29,615 nt of DNA from Candidatus Krumholzibacteriia bacterium (GTDB taxonomy: Bacteria; Krumholzibacteriota; Krumholzibacteriia; LZORAL124-64-63), in NCBI GenBank assembly GCA_046484865.1, contig JAWOID010000062.1, positions 1-29,615 of the forward strand, given 5' to 3'. The number at the start of each line of letters is the position of its first letter. Position 1 is the stretch's first letter. Shown here piece after piece: positions 1 to 7,199 of this stretch. Position numbers and translations under genes: made by a program. Below the pieces are notes generated by a model. That model saw only the letters and a program-made list of their open reading frames with translations, had not been told where the DNA came from and ran no database searches.

Positions 1-60
1 CCCTGGTGTGAGTTATTCCACGAAGAATGTTTCCGGCCCCGGTCCTGCAACCCGGGTGGC

Positions 61-264
61 ATGGACAATCACGAACTCGACGGAACCCGCTGGACGCCGC
101 CCCACTGTCCGGCTCCTAGTTGCAAGTACCACAATCCTTTGCAGCCAGGCTGGCGGTTCAAGCCCATGGGCTCGGATCTCCGCCGCGCCGAACCCGGACG
201 TATCCGCAGGCTTCGCTGCCTCCACTGTAGCGTCACCTTCAGTTCACAGACGTTCGCCACGATG
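61..264 (+). pseudogene. Probable N-terminal zinc-ribbon remnant of a transposase (IS1/IS1595-like), truncated
   Basis: Translation WTPPHCPAPSCKYHNPL...RIRRLRCLHCSVTFSSQTF has a CPxxxC...RxRCxxCxxTFS zinc-ribbon pattern like IS1/IS1595-type transposase N-termini. No DDE domain follows; the frame runs on into an unrelated gene. Family assignment is by motif resemblance only. Confidence 0.5.
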
Positions 265-360
265 GCTTCAGTACGACCGGGGGGAGCTCAGGACGCGGGC
301 GCTGAAGGTGAACCGGCGCCACGACTTGACGTACGCGGCGAAAAGGGGCAACTCGGCACC

Positions 361-1224
361 ATGGCCAGGAGCCGGAAACAATTTGCGTGGAATAACCCAC
401 GGTACGGCAGCAGCCGGGTTTGCAGCCGGGGCCCCGGCCTGGCCGGCCGCCGGGGGCTGTGGATCCTGGTCCTGGCGGCCATGATCGCGGCGGCCCCGCT
501 CGGCTGGCCGGACGCCCTCGGGGGCGATGCGCGGGCCGAGCCCGCCGAACGTACTTCGGAGCCCCTCTGGGAGGTACCGCCGGTCGTCTTCTGGCGCGAG
601 CCGATCGACGGCAACGGCAACCTGGTCACCCGCGAGCTGCCCCTGCCCTCGGACGCCGGCCTCACCGCCCGCCTTCCCTTCCCGGTGACCGTGCGCCGGG
701 TGCCGGGCGTGGCGCCCCACGCCGTGGTCACCATCGACGAGAACCTCCTGCCCCTGCTGGAAGCCGTGCGCGACCGGGACGGGGTGAACCGCCGCACGGT
801 GGACCTGCATCTGAGCGCTCCGTGCCGTTCATGGGCCCCTGCCCGGATGGAGGTGATCGTGCCGCACCTTCGCCGGCTGGCCACCTACGGGCCCGGATCG
901 GTGACGGTGACCGGACTCGAGAGCGACCTCCTGGACCACCTTCACTTCGCGGGCGCGCCGGTCGAGGTGGGCGGACGCGTGGACCGCTACGTCTTGAGGC
1001 TGTATGGAACCGGCGACGTCGACGCCTCGGACCTGCTGGCCGACCGTGCTGATCTCGAGATGCTCGGCGCCGGCGGCGTCCGGCTGCCGGCGCCCGTCGC
1101 GCTGCACGCGCGGCTGTACGGGAGCGGCGACGTGATCTGCATCGGCGAACCGGACCGGCTGGACGCACGCCGCTTCGGTCGCGGCGTGCTGCTCACCGAG
1201 CTGGACGCTCCTCCCGCGCCGTGA
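361..1224 (+). CDS. DUF2807 / head GIN-domain protein (putative exported beta-helical protein)
   Basis: Hydrophobic N-terminal segment (RRGLWILVLAAMIAAAPL), then IDGNGNLVTREL, VTIDENLLPLL and repeated GxGxV turns (GPGSV, GTGDVDASDL, GAGGV, GSGDV, GRGV) typical of GIN domains. Start uncertain; ATG 361 chosen, although the ORF is open from 61. Confidence 0.7.
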   Translation: MARSRKQFAWNNPRYGSSRVCSRGPGLAGRRGLWILVLAAMIAAAPLGWPDALGGDARAEPAERTSEPLWEVPPVVFWREPIDGNGNLVTRELPLPSDAGLTARLPFPVTVRRVPGVAPHAVVTIDENLLPLLEAVRDRDGVNRRTVDLHLSAPCRSWAPARMEVIVPHLRRLATYGPGSVTVTGLESDLLDHLHFAGAPVEVGGRVDRYVLRLYGTGDVDASDLLADRADLEMLGAGGVRLPAPVALHARLYGSGDVICIGEPDRLDARRFGRGVLLTELDAPPAP

Positions 1225-1354
1225 CGGAGACCTCGCCGCCGGCGGTGGTCTTGTGCGCTCCGGGCCCGGGGCACGGGTTCGACGATGCCGGTGGGCCGAA
1301 CCTGCGGCCGCACGCGTGCGGCCGTCGGACCGTGCACGAGAGTTCGAGGTGGCG

Positions 1355-1723
1355 ATGCCCACGATCCTGATCATCGAGGACGACGACGACGTGCGCGCGG
1401 TCCTCGAGGCCGTGCTCGCGCGTGCCGGCTACCGGGTGCGGTCGGCGCGCGACGGCAAGGAAGGCGTGGTGGCGGCGGCCGGCGAGCCGGTGGACCTGGT
1501 CATCACCGACATCATCATGCCCGAGAAGGACGGCATCGAGACGATCACCGACCTGCGACGCGAGCATCCGGACCTGAAGGTGATCGCGATCTCGGGCGGC
1601 GGCCGATTCTCGCCCGGCGGCTACCTGCACTCCGCGCGGCTCCTCGGGGCAGACCTCACCCTCAGCAAGCCGTTCGGCAACGACGAGATCCTGCGGGCCG
1701 TCGAACGGCTTTTGGCCCCCTGA
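1355..1723 (+). CDS. Single-domain response regulator (receiver only)
   Basis: ILIIEDDDDVR acidic pocket, VITDIIMPEKDG phospho-Asp, ISGGG, LSKPF Lys motif. GAGGTGG RBS lies before ATG 1355. No output domain. Confidence 0.92.
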   Translation: MPTILIIEDDDDVRAVLEAVLARAGYRVRSARDGKEGVVAAAGEPVDLVITDIIMPEKDGIETITDLRREHPDLKVIAISGGGRFSPGGYLHSARLLGADLTLSKPFGNDEILRAVERLLAP

Positions 1724-1750
1724 TTCGGGCCGTCAACTCCGCGAGGCCTC

Positions 1751-3967
1751 ATGGTGCGCCGACTGCGAAACCCCGCCACCCCACCGATCTCCGCGATGAT
1801 CCTGGCGGCCGCAGGCATGGGCCTGGCGACCGCAGACATGGCCCTGGCGACCGCAGACATGGCCCTGGCGGCGCTGACGCCGGCGACGGCGGAGCGGGCG
1901 AGTCACCAGCCCGCCGCCTCGGGCGCGGCCCGGCCCGACTCCCAGCTCACCGTCCTGCCCGGCCTGGTGGTGAACGCCGGTGCCCTGAGCCGCACGGCGC
2001 CGGCCGAGATACGGGTGGGCGACATCCTCGTCGAGCGTCAGGACCCCGGCGCGGTGGCGGACCTCGGCCCGCTGCTGCCGGCCACGCGCGTGCTCACGAA
2101 CTCGCGCGGCGAGTCGCTGTTCATGGTGCGCGGCGCGCCCGAGCGCCATGTGCGCCTGTGGCTGGACGGCCTGCCCCTGGCGGTGCCGTGGGACGAGCGC
2201 GTGGACCTGGCCATGGTTCCCGCCCTGGGCGTGAACGGCGTCGCTGCGGTGCGCGGCGCCACCGGCGCGCTGGCCGGTGTGGGCGCGCTGGCCGCGAGCA
2301 TCGACCTGACCACGGCCGCCGCAACGGACCGGACGCCCGCCGGATGGTCGTCCGGATGGTCGTCCGCCGGGTCGTCCGCCGGGTCGTCCGCCCGGCCGTC
2401 CGGCTGGCCGGTCGCCGGACAATCCACCCGGGTGCAATCGGCGGGCGGCGAGGTGGGTGCGTTCCGGATCGCCGCCGAGCACCGGCGCCGCGGTGGCGAC
2501 TGGCACGTGGTGGCCGCTGCCGGCCACCGGACCCGCGACGGCGTCACGGTGCCCGCCGGACTCGATGCCCCCCATCATCAGTCCGGGTCCGTGCGGACCA
2601 ACAGCGACCTGCGGCAATCGTCGCTGCTGCTGGCGGCGCGCCGGCCGGTCGCGGGCGACGGACAGCTCCGCCTGAATCTGCTGGCCAGCGACGGCAGCAA
2701 GGGCGTGCCGCCGGAGACGCACGTCGCCGACAGCCGCTTCTGGCGCTACCCGCTGCAGCGGCGCCTGCTCGCGGGAGGCACGCTGGAAACTCCGCTCGAT
2801 GCCGAACGGCGCTGGCGGCTGGCGACCACCCTGGCGGTGGACCTCTTCCGCCAGGACATCCGCCCTTACGACGATGCGCGATACGCCGGCCCGCCCCTGC
2901 AACCGGGCACCGACTTCGAGCAGGATCGCGACCTCACCGGCTACCTGCGCACCCGGCTCGATCGCGACCTCGACGCCGCCGCCGCGCTCTCGCTGCAGCT
3001 GGAGACCCGGTACGCCCGCCATCGCGAGACGCTGGTGGTGGGCGGCGACGAACTGGCGTACGCGCAGTGGCTCGGAGGTCTCACCGCGGAGGCGCGCCTG
3101 GGTCGCCGCGCGGCCGACCGCTGGCGGTTGACGGTGGGAGGAGGCTGGGAACTGGCCGCCACGCCCGAGAGCGGCGACCGACCCGACCGCGGCACCACCG
3201 GCGCCGGGGTCATGACGGCGCGCCTGGAGCGCGATCTCGGCGCCGCGACCACCATCTACGCCGCCGCGGCGCGGCGCAGTCGCTTCCCGTCGCTCCGGGA
3301 GCTGTACTCCGGCGCGCTGGGCCGCTTCCTGCCCAACCCCGACCTGGCCCCGGAACGGCAGGATCTGCTGGAAGGCGGCTTCACTGTGGCCGGACGAGGC
3401 GATCGCGCGGCGTGGGATGCCGGCGTGAGCGCGTTCGCGACCTGGCTGCACGACGGCATCGAGCGCGTGATGCTGCCCGGCCCCTCGATCCGGTACCAGC
3501 GGGTGAACCGGACCCGGGTCCGCACCCTGGGAGCCGAGCTGGTGGCGAGCTGGCGCCCACGGACCTGGCTCTCGCTGTCGGCCCACCACGCCGTTCTCAC
3601 GGCCCGCGTCCTGCAGGACGGCTCGTACGACCTGCCGGCCGAGGATCGGCCGCAGTTCATCACCATGGGCGGAGCGCGCTGGCTGCCGTCGCCGGACTGG
3701 GAGATCGCGCTGCAGGCGCACGTCCTCGGCCCGCGCCACAGCGCCGACGCGACGGCGCCGGACGGTCTGCGGCGCCTGCCCGCCCAGGCCCGCTGGGACG
3801 TGCGTCTGGCCTGGACCACGGGCGCGCCTTTGCCCGGCGTCACGGCCGTGGAACTCGTCGCCGGCGTCGACAACCTGAGCGACGCCGTGATCGAGACCCA
3901 GACCGGCCTGCCCGAGCCCGGCCGCACATTCCATGGCGGCCTGAATCTGCGCCTGGGCGAGGGCTGA
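1751..3967 (+). CDS. TonB-dependent outer-membrane receptor
   Basis: Plug-domain pattern (TNSRGESLFMVRG...LWLDGLPL...VRGATGAL), barrel motifs RFPSLRELY, NPDLAPE, GVDNLSD and PGRTFHGGLNL; 738 aa. Start uncertain because of several ATGs in the N-terminal repeat. Confidence 0.85.
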   Translation: MVRRLRNPATPPISAMILAAAGMGLATADMALATADMALAALTPATAERASHQPAASGAARPDSQLTVLPGLVVNAGALSRTAPAEIRVGDILVERQDPGAVADLGPLLPATRVLTNSRGESLFMVRGAPERHVRLWLDGLPLAVPWDERVDLAMVPALGVNGVAAVRGATGALAGVGALAASIDLTTAAATDRTPAGWSSGWSSAGSSAGSSARPSGWPVAGQSTRVQSAGGEVGAFRIAAEHRRRGGDWHVVAAAGHRTRDGVTVPAGLDAPHHQSGSVRTNSDLRQSSLLLAARRPVAGDGQLRLNLLASDGSKGVPPETHVADSRFWRYPLQRRLLAGGTLETPLDAERRWRLATTLAVDLFRQDIRPYDDARYAGPPLQPGTDFEQDRDLTGYLRTRLDRDLDAAAALSLQLETRYARHRETLVVGGDELAYAQWLGGLTAEARLGRRAADRWRLTVGGGWELAATPESGDRPDRGTTGAGVMTARLERDLGAATTIYAAAARRSRFPSLRELYSGALGRFLPNPDLAPERQDLLEGGFTVAGRGDRAAWDAGVSAFATWLHDGIERVMLPGPSIRYQRVNRTRVRTLGAELVASWRPRTWLSLSAHHAVLTARVLQDGSYDLPAEDRPQFITMGGARWLPSPDWEIALQAHVLGPRHSADATAPDGLRRLPAQARWDVRLAWTTGAPLPGVTAVELVAGVDNLSDAVIETQTGLPEPGRTFHGGLNLRLGEG
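1801..1870 (+). repeat. 21-bp tandem repeat (~3.3 copies) in the signal-peptide region of the TonB receptor
   Basis: cctggcggccgcaggcatggg / cctggcgaccgcagacatggc x2 / cctggcg; encodes LAAAGMG-LATADMA-LATADMA-LA. Confidence 0.9.
2340..2411 (+). repeat. 12-bp tandem repeat (6 degenerate copies) at the plug/barrel junction of the TonB receptor
   Basis: ccggatggtcgt x2, ccgccgggtcgt x2, ccgcccggccgt, ccggctggccgg; encodes GWSS-GWSS-AGSS-AGSS-ARPS-GWP. Confidence 0.85.
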
Positions 3968-3992
3968 CGGCGAGCGGGACCCGCGATCCGCA

Positions 3993-4058
3993 GCCCGGCC
4001 CCGACCGACCCGCGGCCCGGCCCCGACCGACCCGCGGCCCGGCCCCGACCGGCCCGCG
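3993..4058. repeat. 22-bp tandem repeat (3 copies) between convergent genes
   Basis: gcccggccccgaccgacccgcg at 3993 and 4015; a one-mismatch copy at 4037. Confidence 0.9.
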
Positions 4059-4074
4059 GGCGCGGGCGCGCCGG

Positions 4075-6276
4075 TCACGGCGTGGCGCCCATCTCCTCCA
4101 GCAACCGCGTCTGGCCGCCGTACACGCCGGCCACCCAGAGCACGTAGCGGATGTCCACGCCGATCGACCGGCTGTACGACCGGTCCCAGGCGAAGTCGTT
4201 GATGGTCGCCTCCCAGGCGCGATCGAAGTTCACGGCCACCAGCCGACCATGGGCGTCGAGCACGGGGCTGCCGGAGCTGCCGCCGGTGGTGTCGGTGCTG
4301 TAGAGGACGTTCACCGGCACGTCGCCCAGCGCCTCGTCGGCCAGACCGCCGTGTTCGCCCGCGACGATGAGATCGCGCATGGGTTCCGGCACCCGGAACG
4401 GCTCCTCGCCGGTGGCCTTCTCCAGCAAACCGGCCAGCGTGGTGAAGGGCTGGTACCAGATGGCGTCGCGCGGGGTGTAGCCCTCCACCCGGCCCCAGGT
4501 CAGACGCAGGGTGCCGTTCGCATCGGGCACGAAGTGCTCGCCCTCGAACTCCTGCTTCACGTCGTACAGGCGGGCGTACAGCTCGTCGAGCCGGCCCTGG
4601 CGCGTCTCGGCCGCTTCGCGCCGCTGCTCCACCAGCGGCCGGATGGCCACCGCCAGCCGGAACGCCGGATCGTCGCGGGCGGCGATCTCCTGCGGCCCCT
4701 GCTCCAGCGCCGCCTCGAGCACGCCCGGCTCGTGGACGCGCGTGTCGGCCAGCAACTCGTCCACCCAGACGACCGCCGCCGCGGCGTTCTCGTCCCCGAG
4801 CAGGCCGTCGAAGACCTCGATCTCGCGTGCCGCCGGCAACGAGCCGCCGCGGCGCAGCAGTTCGAGCAACACGATCCGGTCGGCCGCCGCCACCGCATTG
4901 GCGCGGGCGATCTCGAGGTCGCGCCGGGTCTGGTCGAGGTTGCGGTCCTGGTAGGCCTGCTCGCGCTCCGCTTCGGGCAGCAGCCGCTCCTGGGCGGCAT
5001 CGTAGGCGGCGAAGGCCAGCCGCACGGTGGCGACATGGCTGCGCAGCCAGCTCAGCCACAGATCGAAGACCACGTCCTGCGCACGCTCGGCGTAGAACGC
5101 GTCGATCCCGGCCAGCAGGTCCCCGTACCGCTCCGCCCGCTGCGGATCGGCCTCGATGAAGCGCTGCAGGTCCGCCTCCTCCGCCTGCTTGCGGGCGACA
5201 AGCTGGAGCCGGTCGACCCCCAGCAGCTTGCCGCGGTAGTTCTTCCAGACGTTGGCCAGCGAACGCACGCGGCTGGACAGCTTCAACTCCGCCGCCCGGT
5301 CGCCCTCGCCGAGAGCCTCCAGCGCCCGGATCTGCCAGCCGTAGTAATTCACCACCGCCGGCATGCGCACCTCGGCCTCGTGCGCCAGGAAGTGGCTGGT
5401 GCGGTGCCGGTAGGTGCGCCCGGGGTAGCCGAAGAGGAAGACGAAATCGTCGGGCCGCACCCCGTTCGCCTGCACCGTGAGATGCTTGCGCGGCCGGTAC
5501 GGCACGTTTTCCGCGGCGAAGGCGGCGGGCGAGCCGTCGGGAGCCACGTACGCCCGCAGGAAGGAGAAGTCGCCCGAGTGGCGCGGCCACATCCAGTTGT
5601 CCGGCTCGCCGCCGAAGTTGCCCACCGCCTTGGGCGGCGCGTACACCAGGCGCACGTCCCTGAGATAGGTGTACACGAACAGCACGTACGTCTTGCCCGT
5701 GAACATCTCGCTCACCTCGGCCCTCAGGCCCGGGTGGGCGGCCTCGGTGCGCAGGACGATCTCGTTGGAGCGCGTCTCCACCGCCTTGGACCGCTCCTGC
5801 GGACCCATGCCCTCGACGATCGCCGAGAGCACCTCCGCCGACACGTCCTCGTACCACTCGGTGATGCGCACGGTGTACCCGGCCGCGGGCAGCTCGTCCG
5901 CGTCGGTGGCGGCGCTGAACCCCTCGGCCAGGTAGTCGTGCTCGGGCGTGCTGGCGGTCTGGACGGCGCGGTAGGCACAGTGGTGGTTGGTCAGGATGAG
6001 TCCGCGATCGGACACGAACGCGCCGGTGCAGCCGCCGACCTTGCAGATGCCGTCCACGAGACTGAGCCCGTCGGGGTTGTAGATGGCCTCCGTCGGGATG
6101 GCCAGGCCCTCGGCCTGGAGGTCGAGCCGGCCGAGATCGCTCATGGGGTACATGCCTTCCTCCGCGCGTGCTCCGGTCGGCCGGGCGGCGATGGTGGCGA
6201 GGATGGCGAGGACGGCGAGAGCGGGGAAGAAGACGGTGAAGTCGCGGAGCGCGGTGGAGAATCGCTGCATTCTCAT
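4075..6276 (-). CDS. S46 family dipeptidyl peptidase (DPP7/DPP11 family), secreted
   Basis: Signal peptide then mature EEGMYP; GGCTGAFVSDRGLILTNHHC (His), DNWMWPRHSGDFSFLRAY (Asp), GYPGRT, PDANGTLRLTWG and DTTGGSSGSPV (Ser), followed by NFDRAWE. Start at ATG 6276 or 6270. Confidence 0.93.
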   Translation of the reverse strand: MRMQRFSTALRDFTVFFPALAVLAILATIAARPTGARAEEGMYPMSDLGRLDLQAEGLAIPTEAIYNPDGLSLVDGICKVGGCTGAFVSDRGLILTNHHCAYRAVQTASTPEHDYLAEGFSAATDADELPAAGYTVRITEWYEDVSAEVLSAIVEGMGPQERSKAVETRSNEIVLRTEAAHPGLRAEVSEMFTGKTYVLFVYTYLRDVRLVYAPPKAVGNFGGEPDNWMWPRHSGDFSFLRAYVAPDGSPAAFAAENVPYRPRKHLTVQANGVRPDDFVFLFGYPGRTYRHRTSHFLAHEAEVRMPAVVNYYGWQIRALEALGEGDRAAELKLSSRVRSLANVWKNYRGKLLGVDRLQLVARKQAEEADLQRFIEADPQRAERYGDLLAGIDAFYAERAQDVVFDLWLSWLRSHVATVRLAFAAYDAAQERLLPEAEREQAYQDRNLDQTRRDLEIARANAVAAADRIVLLELLRRGGSLPAAREIEVFDGLLGDENAAAAVVWVDELLADTRVHEPGVLEAALEQGPQEIAARDDPAFRLAVAIRPLVEQRREAAETRQGRLDELYARLYDVKQEFEGEHFVPDANGTLRLTWGRVEGYTPRDAIWYQPFTTLAGLLEKATGEEPFRVPEPMRDLIVAGEHGGLADEALGDVPVNVLYSTDTTGGSSGSPVLDAHGRLVAVNFDRAWEATINDFAWDRSYSRSIGVDIRYVLWVAGVYGGQTRLLEEMGATP

Positions 6277-6510
6277 GCCCGGATGTTCCCTTCGGTTGTG
6301 CCAGCCCCCGGGAACCCGCCGGCCCGCCGCGGTTTGACAGGTCGCCATTTCCGTCACACTGATCATGATGCCACGGAGCCGCGGAAATGGCCGCACTTTT
6401 TCCCCGGCGGTGGAGGGGACCGAGCGAGGGTGACGCGCGGGTGACGGCCCCTGCCCCGTGATCCTTGCAGCTCGGCCCGGATTCGCCCGTAGTCCTCAGC
6501 AAGGAACGCC

Positions 6511-7110
6511 ATGGCCAAGGAAGCGCCTCGTCCCGCCGGCGGCCCAGCCGCAAACCCCGCTGGCGGCTCGGCCGGCGGCCCAGCCGGCGGCCCCGCCGGC
6601 GGCCCCGCCTTCGACCGCCGCCGTCTGCCCCTGCACCGGCGGTGGCCGGAGTCCGTCTGCGCCTGCGAGTCCTGCCGCCGCGCCTGTCTGAACTCTCCCG
6701 GCTGGCTGCTCCCGGACGACGTGCCACGGCTGGCGCGGCACCTGAAGCTCGACGTGCCCACCCTGTTCCGCCGGTTTCTCGGCCTGACCGTCACGGTCAC
6801 GCCGGACGGGGAGCGGCGCGAGGGCGTGATGCCCCACAAGTTGCGGGACGGCAAGGCCCCCGGCGGCGTGTGGACCCTCGGCGAGCTGGCGCAGCCCGGT
6901 CGCTGCGTCTTCTTCGACCGCGGGCACTGCTCCATCCACGCGGTGCGGCCGTTCGAGTGCGGCCGCATGCACCACGAGTTCAGCGCGGCCAAGATCGCGC
7001 GCCTGCGGGCGGACGTGGCGCGGGCGTGGACGACCGGCCGGCTGGCCCCGTTCCGCGAGCTGCTCGGCCCCGGACGCGGCCGCGCCCAGCCGCGGCGGCG
7101 CCGAGGCTGA
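6511..7110 (+). CDS. YkgJ-family (CxxCxxCC, PF03692-like) cysteine-cluster protein
   Basis: CACESCRRAC...PGWLLPDDVPRLA...CVFFDRGHCSIHAVRPFEC matches the family's N-terminal Cys cluster and C-terminal CxFL...CxIHxxRPxxC motif. AAGGA RBS precedes ATG 6511. Confidence 0.8.
   Translation: MAKEAPRPAGGPAANPAGGSAGGPAGGPAGGPAFDRRRLPLHRRWPESVCACESCRRACLNSPGWLLPDDVPRLARHLKLDVPTLFRRFLGLTVTVTPDGERREGVMPHKLRDGKAPGGVWTLGELAQPGRCVFFDRGHCSIHAVRPFECGRMHHEFSAAKIARLRADVARAWTTGRLAPFRELLGPGRGRAQPRRRRG
6532..6609 (+). repeat. 12-bp coding tandem repeat (PAGG)n, ~6.5 degenerate copies
   Basis: cccgccggcggc, ccagccgcaaac, cccgctggcggc, tcggccggcggc, ccagccggcggc, cccgccggcggc, cccgcc. Confidence 0.8.
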
Positions 7111-7115
7111 GAGCC

Positions 7116-7143
7116 TGGACAGCGGTCCGCCGCCGTGTATATT
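7116..7143 (+). promoter_or_regulatory. Candidate sigma70 promoter for the radical SAM gene
   Basis: TGGACA (7116-7121)-16 nt-TATATT (7138-7143), an AT-rich patch in the short intergenic gap before ATG 7200. Confidence 0.4.
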
Positions 7144-7199
7144 GCGGTAAACCGGTCATCTGAAGTCTGATTTCCCCGCACAGGACGGATGGTCACGCC

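Noticed and set aside
6334..6360. TTGACA followed by CACACT as a promoter for the YkgJ gene
   Set aside because: Perfect -35, but the spacer is only 15 nt and the -10 is weak; not supportable without TSS data.
1285..6727. Very long ORFs 1285..6444(+) and 1733..6727(-)
   Set aside because: Arg/Gly/Pro-rich shadow frames overlapping well-supported genes (regulator, TonB receptor, S46 peptidase); expected from stop-codon scarcity at high GC.
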